DNA of 64,000 nt from Octopus sinensis (lineage: Eukaryota): positions 124,001 through 188,000 of the forward strand of contig NW_021836137.1 of assembly GCF_006345805.1 (NCBI RefSeq). The letters are read 5' to 3'. The notes beneath the pieces were generated by a model. The model saw nothing but the letters and a program-made list of their open reading frames with translations. It was not told where the DNA came from and searched no databases. Positions 12,632 through 25,530 of the stretch are shown piece after piece. Within the stretch, counting starts at the first letter, position 1; every line of letters begins with the position of its first letter. The position numbers and the translations under genes were made by a program.

Positions 12632-12870
12632 AATTTATAATATTGAAATATCATGCTGATGAGTAGAAGTAAATTTTACAATTCTAATCCCGAAACGCAT
12701 ACATGATTAATCAAATGACTGGTTATTTTCGTTATTTTTTCTTCTTGTTTGCCTATGTGAGTTACAAGTATTGCTGTCTGTGGAGTTATATTTGTAGTTA
12801 AACGAATTAGTCGGTCTTGACTGCTATTTCTAAATTTTCGGTAGGTGGTGAAGCAACTTTTTGCTAACCC
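12632..12870 (+). mobile_element. Penelope-like element terminal-repeat remnant with hammerhead-like motif
   Basis: Contains atcatg-CTGATGA-[hairpin]-c-GAAA-cgca-TA-catgat (12650-12707), the minimal type I hammerhead architecture known from PLEs, in a T-rich, CpG-containing segment. Confidence 0.55.
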
Positions 12871-12972
12871 TAAATTATATTTATATCTATCTATCTATAT
12901 ATATATATATACACACACACACATACATATACATACACATACATATATACATATACATACATATACATAAAA

Positions 12973-13421
12973 GTTTAAAATACATTTATTTACATATATA
13001 CCAAATTAGTTTCAATAATATTTTTTGTTCATCAATGGTAAAAGTGTAGAATTAGAAAAAAACATCTTTAAATGTTTCAATGTTGACAAATTAAAATGTT
13101 TCAATGGTGATAAATTAACATGTTCAAAACAGAAGGTGTAAGTTTGAATGTTCATAGCAGTCAATAAAATTAAAACTGTCTATCAATTTGTTATATATAT
13201 ATATAACAAATTGATATACAGTTTTAATTTTGACTGCTATGAATATTCAAACTTACACCTTCTGTTTTGAACATCTTAACTTATCAACATTGAAACATTT
13301 TAATTTCTCAACATTGAAACATTAAAGATGTTTTTTCTAATTCTAAACTTTTACTACTGATAAACAAAAAATATTGTTGAAACTAATTTGGTATATATAT
13401 GTAAATAGATGTATTGTAAAC
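12973..13421. repeat. ~450-bp near-perfect palindrome centred on a (TA)n run at 13198/13199
   Basis: Arms 12973-13198 and 13199-13421 are reverse complements, about 90% identical by hand alignment. Confidence 0.95.
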
Positions 13422-13459
13422 ATTTACGAGTTTGTGAAATTTAGGTGCATTTTCAACAA

Positions 13460-13600
<141 letters not shown>

Positions 13601-13602
13601 AT

Positions 13603-13942
13603 ATAGCATCGCCTTACTGGCACTTGTACTGGTGGCACATGAAAAAACATTCGAGAGAGATAGTTGCCAGTGCCACAGGACTGGCTCCTGTGCAGGTGGC
13701 ACATAAAACACACCATTTGAGTATGGCCATTGCCAGTACTGCCTGACTGGCCCTCGTGCCGGTGACATGTAAAAGCACCCACTTCACTCTCGAAGTGGTT
13801 GGTGTTAGGAAAGGCATCTAGCTATAGAAACTCTGCCAGATCAGATTGGAGCCTGGTGCAGCCATCTGGTTTGCCAGGCCTCAGTCAAATCGTCCAACAC
13901 ATGCTATCATAGAAAGCGGACTTTAAACGATGATGATGATGA
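13603..13942 (+). mobile_element. RTE LINE 3' UTR fragment
   Basis: 'gtaaaagcacccac...gttggtgttaggaaaggcatctagct...catgctatcatagaaagcggactttaaacgatgatgatg'. The same sequence follows the RTE ORF end at 24.9 and 56.5 kb. Confidence 0.8.
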
Positions 13943-13954
13943 CACACACACACA

Positions 13955-14050
13955 CAACGGGCTTTTTTTAGATTTGCTCTACCAGATCCACTCACAAGAC
14001 TTTGGTTGGCCTGAGGCTATAGTTGAAAACATTTGCCCAAGGTGCCATGC
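13955..14050 (-). mobile_element. SINE fragment (family of 499-883)
   Basis: 'atccactcacaagactttggttggcctgaggctatagttgaaaacatttgcccaaggtgcc' is the reverse complement of the SINE body. Confidence 0.75.
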
Positions 14051-14385
14051 CTGTATTTGTGCTTATAATTTGGATTGGAAGTGAAAGAATTTCAGAACAC
14101 TGTGGTTTTGTGTAATCAGGAATTGATAAAATGCTTAGTTTGAGATCTGTAATTTGTTAACAGGAATATAATTTGGGTATAATGAATGGACAACTATCTA
14201 GCAACAAGTTCAAAGAAGCAACTGCTATTGTTGTAATAAAAGAGGATGAAGAATGATGAAATATTCTATCCATTAGTTAATGTCTGGGAGCACATTTGTG
14301 AGTGAATCTTTCCTAATTAGTTACATAACCATTTTGAGATGTGGTCTGGGATGTTTGGGTCTATAATAGCAACACTATTCCATGT

Positions 14386-15247
14386 TATGCAAAATGATAT
14401 CGAAAAGTTCCCGGACTATTTAACATTATCTCTTTCAAAACAGTCACCCAGCAGTACAAGCGCTCTTGGAATAGGGCCTGGAAATCGCTTTCTGTAAGTG
14501 AGTCGAGGACCTTCTGCAATTCACTCTTGACCTTGACAACAGTGTTAAAACGGCAACCTTTGAGCTGCATTTTCATCTTGGGTAGAGATGAAAGCCTGCA
14601 GGTGCTATATTTGGTAGATAGGGCAGATGCAGATGTGATACCATGTTGTTTTAGGTGAGAAACTCATTAGTGAGGAGAGCTCAGTGACGGGATGCATTGT
14701 CATTGAGATGAATCCAATTCTTTGCACTCCACAGATCTGGTTGCTTTCACCAGATGGTCTCCTTGAAGCACTTCAAAATGTCATTGATTGTCCTCCGGCA
14801 ATCCTCATGCACAAGCTGATGCATTTTCTTCACATTTCCAGGGTTGACACTCATGACAGGTCTTCCAATTCGCTCATCATCTTCAAGGGACGTTCTTCCA
14901 CTTTTGATGCACATGTGCCACTCAAAACATTGAGTAAACCCATAGCCACAAAACTGTAAGCTTGCGTAGGCATGTTCCATGTCTCTGTAGCAGACTTCCC
15001 AAGTTTAACACAAAATTTCGCAATAGCTTTTTGTTACAACATCCTGTCATGACAAAAATCGCAGACTGCCGCATACATGTGATCACAAAAACACAAATTT
15101 CACAACTTGCGAAGTAAACTCAGCAATGTAACTTGGCACACTGCCTTATAAAGGTCACTGCTAGCTCTCACTGCACGTGCAACTGTGTGCTGTCATTTGT
15201 TGGTATGCTACAGAAGTAGTCCAGGAACTTTTTGCTACCACTTCGTA
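14386..15247 (-). mobile_element. Internally deleted mariner (Tc1/mariner) transposon
   Basis: TIR core 'aaaagttcc(c/t)ggacta' at both ends, bounded by TA. Minus-strand remnants are 'FEWH..IKSGRTSLEDDERIGRP' (HTH) and 'KMQLKGCRFNTV..VKSE' (C-terminus). Confidence 0.88.
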
Positions 15248-16464
15248 CACCATTAGTTTCCTCTAGTTTATTTTATTGTGCAAATGTAATATTTCACACC
15301 TGACATGAACAAAGATTTCGACTGTCTCTATGATGAAGTTTTTTTGTTTTATATACGTGAGAAGTATACCATTCTTGACTGACTGGGGATGTCCTGGCAG
15401 AAAGTTTGAGAATATGAAATGAATTGTGAATGGTGACCAGAGGCAAACAACTCAACAAGAGGTTTCTCGTGCTAAAAATAGTTGAAAGCTTTGCTGATGC
15501 CAAATTATGTTGCTTTCACCAAATTTTTCTACAAGAAATTACAGTATAACACAAGAGAAACAGAGAATCAAACTGATTAAGCAAATGATTGTATATAAAC
15601 TGCTTTCATCATTTGTGTGATGCTGAAATTATCTGATAGTAGCAATGGGTTTTATTGTTTCATCAGAGGCATTTCTTTTAGATACTTTATCCACAAAGTC
15701 ATCAAGAATTATTCATACTTTTATGTTGATTCATTAAAAGCCGTCATCAAACTGTAGAGAACACATTGTAGTAACATTTCATGAGTTGCATGTTCATTTA
15801 TATTAAAGAGTTTAAGCTGGCAGCATATTTCTTTCTTCATATACTTAGGCATACCTATTTGTGGAGTATAAATAACAGATGTCACAGGAAAAATTACTTT
15901 CGACCAGTAAGTGCTACACTCGAAAAGGATTGAACTTATCCAATAAACAATTAAGAAAATTAAGTTTAATTACATAGGATTATCATGATTCATAAATGGA
16001 TAAAACAGTGTGATAAAGTGCATCTATGGCTATGTATGTGCAAGAATGGTAAAATGAATATAAATTATGTATTCATGCAAAAGAAAGTTTAGGAATGTGC
16101 ATATGAATAGATATTAATTACTTACATAAAAAAAAATGAGGTGTGCTATATTGCAAATTGACTGTGTCTATCTATGCATAAAATCAGTTGTTATCAAGTT
16201 ACTTAAGTTCAAGAAGTGTCAAGTTTAATTAGTGCTTCGTATAATGACCAATTTGGTTAATCTACTTGATTGCTCTACTCAGGTGCTAGAGTATTCAGTG
16301 TTCTTCAAACTAGATTATTAGAGCAGTACTCAGGATTGCAATTGAATTAACAGAAATTGCATAATAGAAAAGAAAAAAAAAAGGATGATGACACAATGCA
16401 CTGATTGTACACACCCTCATTAAAGATGTGATGTGATCTCCATTCGTACTCTTGTGCTATATAC

Positions 16465-16504
<40 letters not shown>

Positions 16505-18167
16505 CATATACAAACTCTTATAGACACATATTTTAAAATGCAAAAGTGCATACCAGCATGCACATTTACTTGAGAATAAAAGAAATTAAAAATTAAAGAG
16601 AGAGTTCAGTATAGAAATAACTGAATTATCTATATTATAAGGAGTATGATTCTATACATTTATAGATGTATAAGAATCAATGCATAGACATGTGTTTCAA
16701 TATAAACAGAGTTTTTTTTTTTTATGTGTTTTGTGAGCATACTTACCAGAAATTCTATTATTATACAATTTATTAATATTTGTGTGTGTACATATGCCAA
16801 TTCCACAAAACCAATATATAAGCATATTTGAGCTCAGATACAGCTGGCACGTTAGTGTTTATATCTGTGTACATTTAAAAGAAATCAATGTAAATACAGA
16901 TCTATACACACAAACATATAGAAAAGAGGATGTGTGGGGATATATCTGATGAAAGAACTGGAGAAAAGGTAAGAAAAGAAAGACAGGAAAAGAGAAAAAG
17001 AAAGAAGCTCTAAGCAATTTTTGCTTTCCTTTTTCTTATCCAAACTATCCATTTATAGAAATAAGAATAATTTTACAAACCATTACATCCTTCTGGCAAA
17101 TTCTATCCTTTAGGATGAAAATTAAATGTCTTATATATTCACATTTCAGATAAAGTAACTAAGACAATATGCCAATCAAGGAAAAGTTTAGATATTATAT
17201 GATACACAAAAAAAAAATCTGGGGAAAGAATTGGTTTTAATAGAAATGACATTATTGGTCTCTCTCTTTCAGTTCATATGCCATTACAGGTACATAGTAG
17301 TACTAAAAAAATATTTATTGAAGCATATACTTGGCTAAATATTCTTTCTTCATAAAATTTTAGAATGGTTATCATGAAGGACAGGTTATAGTTTGCTTTC
17401 TATGCAGCACAGAAACATTTCTTTCCAGTATTACTTTTAAATTTTTCACTTTTTAATATTTGTAACAGATAAGAGATATAAAGAAATAGCACAATTTCCA
17501 ATTGTAGAAGGTTTTTTTTTTTTTTATTTGTTACTCTTAGCTTTTTAATTTTTCGCTCTTCGTTTCATTTTTAAATAAACATTTGACATGCAGTCTTTGA
17601 AAGCGTTGACTTTATAAACCCCAAAAATCTAACAGTAAAAAATTCAATGACAAAAGATAAACAATGAAAGCAAGAAACAGGGAAACGAAAATAAAGGGGG
17701 GGAAAAAATTACAAAATAAAGAAAAAAGAATTAAAGATAGATAGAATGGAAGAAAAAGAAATATAAAAATATACTTAATAGAATAGTGATGTAAATAATT
17801 CAGTTGAAAGAGAAAAGAAGATAAAGTGGTTAGACAACTGACTGACAGAGTATAAGTGAGTTTACTGATGTAGCTTACAGTAAATTTGGATTGAAAACGT
17901 TAGAAACAAATTTTTGTGTATGAATGCATTTTGTGTGGACAATGTATGCATATGTTATTATATATGCATCAGCTGCATAATAAAAGTATATGTAAAGGAA
18001 AGGAACATCTCTTCTGACTTGAATTTATTGGAATTCTTCTTTACATGTCAGTCATACTTAAATTGCAAAAGAGACAGCATATCTCATTCACTCTATGTGT
18101 CTGTCTATTTATCTCTTTTATATATATATATATATATGCATATACATATATATGTGTGTGTGTGTGT

Positions 18168-18208
<41 letters not shown>

Positions 18209-19148
18209 TGCATATTTTTTATGTTTGACTTTTTCTTGTGGCTTGGAATAAAAATCTTAGATTTTCTTCTTAAATGAAAAGGTGAAAAGAATCATAAAAG
18301 AAGCTCAATCAATGATGACAGCTGTTTGCCACCAAGCTGTTTTCTCTATTTCACAGATCGGCAGCAATACCACACTATTACCTGTTTTTAGAGAGCAAAA
18401 TTGAGAGATGGAGGCGGAAGTGAAATGGAAATAAATAAGCTTCAAATAGCAACAAGACATTTTAAAAAAAAACTTTTTACAAAAAGATTTCAGCTAAGGA
18501 AATTTGCAAAGCCTATTGTAGGAAATATTTCACCTTTTCTTCTTCTTTTCAATGATATTTACATATCTTTTTAAAATTTTTACTGATAAAAGAATACTTT
18601 ATTGAGTAATACTTTTCGCTAAAATAAAAATGGACAAATTCAAATTCTTTTTGATGAAAATTGATAGGAAAAGGAAGTACAAATCCATTGAAAACTTCTA
18701 TCATGTCTAGGTATTATTTTGGCTGAATTGAAAGTCTGAAGAGAAAAGATGAGTACCGGGATAACCCTCAATGATCAAACAAAAGCATACACCTTTAGGT
18801 GTGAATGGGTTTGTTGCATAATAGAGATTATTATAATTATACAAATAAGAAAATGATTGGTTATTAGAATGATGAAACTGAAGGAAACAGTAAGCCATAT
18901 ATTTCTGTTGAAATCACGAAAGAGAAAGGTGCGTGAACTTATATACCAAGTATGATAATAAAACAATTATAAATTCCAAATGAAGCAATAATTCAACAAT
19001 AAAAAGTTTCCATTTAAGAAACAAGACACAAGTTATATCAATATAACAAATTCTCCAATATCTGAATTAATCTTTCACACATAAGCATCATCCGCATGCA
19101 CCTTAGATGCCTCAAGCTATGCATACACAGTTTGCATGAACAATGATT

Positions 19149-19690
19149 CAGGTATGGCTATGTGGTTAATAAGTTTGCTTCACAACCACATGGTTTTGGG
19201 TTTAGTCCCACTGCAAGTAACTTTTACACTAATCTAAGAATGACAAGTGCTTTGTGACTGAAAGGCAGATGGAAAAGTAGAAGGCTCACTATGTGCATGT
19301 GAGTAAGAATATTGACATCTCAAGGCTTTCCTTGAGTGAAACAAGGAATGATGTTGACATTCCTTGTTGGCATAGCCCCTACACACAATTTTTTTCTTTC
19401 CTTGTTTCTTTTCTGTGTATCTTTCTGTCGAAGAGCGTAGGCTCGAAACGTAAAAGACTTGTTTTATTTCTATTCCTGAGCGCCATACTAATACATTGTT
19501 TGTTTGTACTCCACCTGCCTTCATCTTTTGTTTATTTTCGTAACCTTCCTGTTATAGAATGAAAGTATCCCTAACTTGAAAAACAAGCAAGAGTTGGTAA
19601 CAGAAAGAGCATCAGACTGTAAAAAAATGTTACATCAAATACATTCCTGTCCATCCCATGTTAGCATAGTAAAAAAGATATTAAATGAAT
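19149..19690 (+). mobile_element. Decayed SINE interrupted by a PLE-like insert
   Basis: SINE head 'ggctatgtggttaataagtttgcttcacaaccacatgg' to ~19385, resuming after ~19560. Confidence 0.6.
19388..19558 (+). mobile_element. Penelope-like remnant with minimal hammerhead-like motif
   Basis: tcttt-CTGTCGA-a-gagc(gtag)gctc-GAAA-cg-TA-aaaga at 19420-19457. Confidence 0.6.
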
Positions 19691-19898
19691 TAATAAGAAC
19701 CTATTAAACATACTCTAACATACCTCAATAAAAACATGATTATCTTGTCTCCTTCAACTGTGCCAAAACACAATCACTAAAAACAGCAAGATGACATATT
19801 ACCTTATGTCATCTGCACTGAAACAAATCACATATAAAGCTCTAACTATATTAACATTAAGTATCACAATCTTCAATGATTTCTCATTCTTTTTTTCC

Positions 19899-20211
19899 TT
19901 CTTTTATTTGTTTCAGTCATTTAGCCTGCAGCTGTGCTGTGGCACCGCTTCAAAGAATTAGTGGAATGAACTGACCCGAAAATTTTTAATTTTGAAACTG
20001 AATCACATCAACATCAGTTGTCAAGTAGTGGTGGGGGACTGACACATACACATATACACATGTATACGATGGGCTTCTTTCAGTTTCCGCCCACTAAATC
20101 CACTCACAAGGCTTTGGTTGACACTTACTGAAAGGTACTACACACTGAGACTGAACCCAGATCCATGAGGTTTAGAAGCAAGCTTCTTACCACACAACCA
20201 CTCCTGCACCT
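19899..20211 (-). mobile_element. tRNA-derived SINE (family of 499-883)
   Basis: Reverse complement of tail, body and head: 'cttttatttgtttcagtcat...gggcttctttcagtttcc...cttcttaccacacaaccactcctgcacc'. Confidence 0.85.
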
Positions 20212-23200
20212 CATGATAACAATTTATCTATAATAAAACCAAAACTTTTCATCAGAGTCACATAATATACTATAGATCTAAACTGTTATTGTTTTAATAC
20301 AATGTACAATTTTCCTTTACACTACTGATGATGCAGGTGACAGAAGAAATACTACATGCACAAGTATTCTAAAAACACAAAGATATTTAACTCAGTGGTA
20401 AACTTCCACGATACCCTTTCACACATCTATGAGCTATATTCTCCTTTGAACTTTTCTGCAACTACTAGAGTGTTCATTTGTCTCTGAATTAGCAAGTGCA
20501 TACCTTCTGGTTGGTCTGCTTCCAGCCCACCTCTTATTCCTTCTGTGCTTCACCACCAACCACACACTCAGTTATATTGTCCAAAATTTTGTACCCAAAC
20601 TGCAGACCTCTGAGACGTCTTTCCTATCCACATTATGCATTATCGAAAAAGTTTAAGTTAAGTATCAACTACATTAATTTTACCTAAGAAGTTTATGAAC
20701 ACAGCCATTCTACTTCAAACTATTTGATAAAACAAAAAAAGACTGTGCTTATCAAAACAAAAAAAAATCCAGTGTGAAAGAAATAAAATATTTCATTTTC
20801 AAACCATCATTAAAAGCTTTTCTTCAATGTTTACTGAGTACCCTTGATCGCAAAGTAAGTATATTAATAGTACTTATACTAATTACTATATACTGTATAC
20901 TAATTAGAATGCAATTTCAATAAAAATGAATAGAGATAAAAAAGATTTAATAGGGAAAACAATAGGTATAAACTATATAATTAAATATACCACTCTCCAG
21001 TGATTAATCTTTTATGTCAACTAATAGTATTCATTCATAAGTGACAATTCATTTTGATATATTTGGAAATATAAAAGACAAACACACATTAACCCTGATC
21101 CTAAGAAGATGTTTAATTCAAAACTGTTCACCTATCATTTCAAATTCAGCATATGAGCCAGTAGGGGAACATTTATATAGTTGCTCAACCTGGCAAAAAT
21201 ATCAACCAAATCTTGTCAAATTACACACTGCCATAGTAAAATTGAAACGATGCTTGATAAAGTACACTTGATAAAAAGACAGGATAGGCATGGCTGGAAC
21301 AATTAGAGATTGTTTGGATCTAAACAATAATAGCAAATCGTCTCAACCTGTTAGAAGGTATTTATATATACATGTTCACCTCATTGCTTAAGCAAGTGTA
21401 ATTATTTATGGCCATGCAATGTTTTAGACACACAGCAAAACAATTGCTATGTTATAATTATTACCTGACTAAAAGTAACAATATTTTAAATTGTCAACTT
21501 TTCATTGTAAAAACAAACCCCTGTCAGAAAATATAACCTAACACTTAACAGAAAAGCTTAAAAGTTTATACATCTGCAGGAAAATTAAATATATAATTTT
21601 CCAAAACATGGTCTTGATTTTTCTATTAATATGTATATCATATGGGCAAACCTTACAAACCTTAATAAACCACAAGCAATATATTATTCCTGAACTATCA
21701 ATAATAATATACTAGTGATTTTAAAATGTGCTGGTATAGTTAGGATGCTATAAGGTTTTTAACTATATGTTTCCGGTGGGGATCTAGTCTTCTTAAAAAG
21801 AAAGCAAAAAATACAACTAGAAGTATTTCTATAAAGAATGCAAATGGCAATCATTACAAAGGAGGGAAATTCCATGGAATATTAATAATATTATTTATAT
21901 ACCAGGGTTAACATTGCTTTTCAAGCTTTTTGGGTTGATAAAATGATAAGTAGATAGATAAGTAGGAGATGGTCATCATGACCCTTAGCATTTACTTGTT
22001 CAAATCTTTCTGGGTTTAACTGCCTTTTTACCGTTCTGAGGTCAATGAAATATGTACCAATAACAATTTAGAATATCGTTTTCTTATAAATATAGTAAAT
22101 CATCATCATTAGCATCAATAACAGCACCAATTCTAGAGATTGCATTTATTATTCATAAATGGCTGTATTGCATTTCCTATTCTTAAACATAACTTCATTA
22201 TTGATGACGTTTTTATTAGAACCACTAAGGGTGATGGAGTGGCAGAACTGTTACAACTTTCAAGAAAATGCATTGCATTATTTCTTGTGGTTTTTTACAT
22301 TCTAAATCCAAAATCATGCCATGGTCAAACAGTTTCTTTCATCTCTCCAGTGTTGATAAAATAAAGTATCTTTTTCTCCAACACTGTTGTTAGTAAAAAA
22401 TCCTTTGTCATTCTTCACAATAACTAGAAATATATACAAAACTGACCTATAGATGAATTTTAAGAATTGATAACACAAATAACAGCTTGTTACTACAAAT
22501 ATGAATTATGGGACCCCAAAAAAATTAACAATGTTGACCTAAATGCGAATTTCACTGAGAGAAGCACTTAATCTGGTTCTCAACTATCTGTGACAGTCCT
22601 ATTGACCAAATCAATACCAATAATGAGAATAGTAAGTAAAAGTAAAACGATTTTATTCTTAACTGCAGTTTGTCTTTAGCAAATGAGGCATTTCCATAAA
22701 TTGGCTGTCAAGTACAATATCTTAGTGTCTGTATAAAACATTTAATCTATTTCAAATACTTATCAAGAACGAAATTAAAAAAAAAACGACATAATGATAA
22801 ACTATGATATAAACAAAGAAATTAGAAAAAAAAAAGCATGATAAAAAGTTCGAGATCTGAAATGTATTCTTTAATTGCATTTTTCTGCCAAAATAAAATC
22901 ACATTATAGCCATACACAAAATAAATGGACTTTATCTTCCAACAATATGCCATTATTTTTATTTTTATTTTGTTTGCCTTCATTTTTATTTTTGGGCCTT
23001 CTGATGTAGTCATTGATAGCATAAAAATTTTAATCAATATCATTTATCAAAACTGATGATTATAATAGACAAACAATTATCTTAATTTTCAGTATTTGGA
23101 ATAAAGTTAAGTGTTAAGGTGCTAAATCTAATAAATGTAATGTAAATGTAGACTATCCTGAGTGTCTCAGTCTAAAAAAAGAAAAAAAAAAACAAAACAA

Positions 23201-24877
23201 AAATATAGCTTAGTTAATAGAATGATGGATTACCAAGAATCAAAAATTTGTAGCTAGAAAAACTGAACGTATAATCAGAACATTTAAATCTTGGTGACTC
23301 AATCCACTAAGTTGTAATTAAATATTAAAGGTTTATGCATCTCATCAGTATACACAGTAAGAGCACAGTATAATTTTTAAAATATTTTGTTAGGGATAAG
23401 GATGTGTATTGTCGTTAAAAAATGATACTGGTCTCTTCTAGCTAACAGATTCGAATATCAGCAAAATCACCAATAAAAAAGATTTGTGAACGAAAAAAAT
23501 CAAATAAATAAAACATTACCGATGTAACCTTTGCCCATCTGAATTGCAGATATTTTTATTCACTAAATTTTGGAAACTTACAATGCTCTTCAAAGTAAGT
23601 TTCACATGCTGTCTGGTTTTGTACTATCATTTGCATCATGACACTGTAGCAAAAGTTCAAGTCAAATACAAGAATATTTTTAACAATTCCTTCCCATATC
23701 ACAGTTCAATTTTTCTGAAAAGGCTAGCCTCTGGATTTTCAAGTTGGGATTAACCATGTCAAACTCATCATTCGGTAGCAGTCCATGACAGTGACACAGC
23801 TTAATCCATGACTTTATGCACAACCTACTGAAGTATTTTGTATGGTTTTCATTGAAAGATATGACAAACTATCTTTAAAATCAAAGGAGTGTGCATTGCA
23901 GGCAAACACACACACTCTCCCTCTCTCTCTCTGAAATGCTGTCTTTTTACTGATGCAAGAGTATATAAGGAGTATGTAATTGTGGAATTTCAGTTTGGAG
24001 TATCCATCACTTAACTTCTGCCAGCCAAAGCAAACCATGGAGTGAACACACACATTCATGAGAAACAAGATCAATAAATTCCTTATCAAATATATTGTCT
24101 TAACATGCAAAGTTTGGGGAAAATAATTACTTGAAAATATGCTAATTTATCCCTGTTCTTTTATTGGTAAAGCTGCATCTATTACTACAATAGTTCAGCC
24201 CAGTTTTATGTTCCCCAAGACTAATACATGCAATTGTGCTTTAAACACTGCTCTTTTATAATAAAATGGCCACAAGCTTTGATGCTAAGCTATAACCATA
24301 AAATCTGTTAGCAATAACAATGATTTCAATTCAGCCAGTTATGTTTTGACATTTGCTTAGTGTCATTTGTTAATAGGGCAAGTAAAATTACATTGAACTT
24401 CATAGATGAATGAGTGAGCGAGCAAGTGAGACTTGCAAGAAACAACTCCAGTATTAAGATAGAATACATATATTTATTAAAACAGAATGCTTGCACAAAA
24501 GAAGTAAAACAAATATTTCTCAAATACAAAAACATTCACATTCCCATTATCACTTGTTTGTTTCCTCTAACCTGCATATTAACAAACTAATAACAACTGC
24601 ATCACCATCGTAATCTTCATTGCCTAAATGATTTTTGCACCAGTATCATGTTGGCATTAGTTAAATGAATCTTTGATACGGAATACTGTTATTCTCAATT
24701 TTGCAATATCTCATTCATAAGAATTAAAATTCTATGACCTGATGTCACTTTGTTTTTCCTCATCTTCCTTATTCAACCTCTAGTTTATTGTTAGCTAATA
24801 GCACTTGTGTAAGAGTTACCAATTTACAATTACATGTTTATGCTATAACAAGTATTTCTGCTCATACAAGAAAATTC

Positions 24878-25246
24878 CTCTCACAGAGGCAATGGCAAGT
24901 GACCAAGACCATAAGCAATTTGCTATGCTTGAGAAGACACAAGCTAAGTGAAATCATGGTTGTGACCAGTGCCAATGACACATATTTGGCACCTGTGGTG
25001 AAGACACATAAAGGGCACTCATGCCAATGACACATAATTGGCACCCATGCCAGTGACACATAAGAGACACGCAGTACACTTCATAGAGTAGTTGGCATTA
25101 GGAAGGGCATTCAGACATAGAAGCCAAACCAAAACAGACTGGAGCCCAATGCAGCTCTCTGATTTACCTGCTCCAGTCAAACTATGTAGCCCAAAACATC
25201 ATGGAAAACAGATGTTAGATGATGATGGGGAAGATGATGATGATGA
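24878..25246 (+). mobile_element. RTE LINE 3' end (ORF end, UTR, (GAT)n tail)
   Basis: 'LTEAMASDQDHKQFAMLEKTQAK*' followed by the shared UTR and a gatgatgat tail. Confidence 0.8.
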
Positions 25247-25254
25247 ACTTAACA

Positions 25255-25530
25255 CATCCAGTAGTTCAGAGTTCTTGCAAACTTATTCAGATCTTCCACA
25301 TTCATACGGTTTGCTTCTTGCATAGAGAGGTTGCTTGCTACCAACAGAGGTAATGTTTCCTCGAACACAGTTCAACACTTCTACAGCATCATTGTCACTA
25401 GTACTACCTCCTGCACTAATAATGGCATCTAGGTAATAGAAAATATCTAATGCTTTTGCAAGCCATCTAAGCAAACCTAAGCCTTTGCACCTAACAGAAA
25501 TAATTTTTCTCCTTTCATGCCTTTCTTTTG
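25255..25530 (-). mobile_element. Old RTE LINE fragment
   Basis: ORF 25283..25582 contains 'RCKG...FYYLDAIISAGGS', matching RTE 'FCYLGD.IS.GGG'. Confidence 0.6.

Noticed and set aside
16747-16864. Minus-strand exon ending in CTG|GTAAGT
   Set aside because: All frames are closed.
18400-18430. ETS-type motif GGCGGAAGTG as a promoter sign
   Set aside because: Isolated motif with no CpG-rich context or downstream first exon evident.
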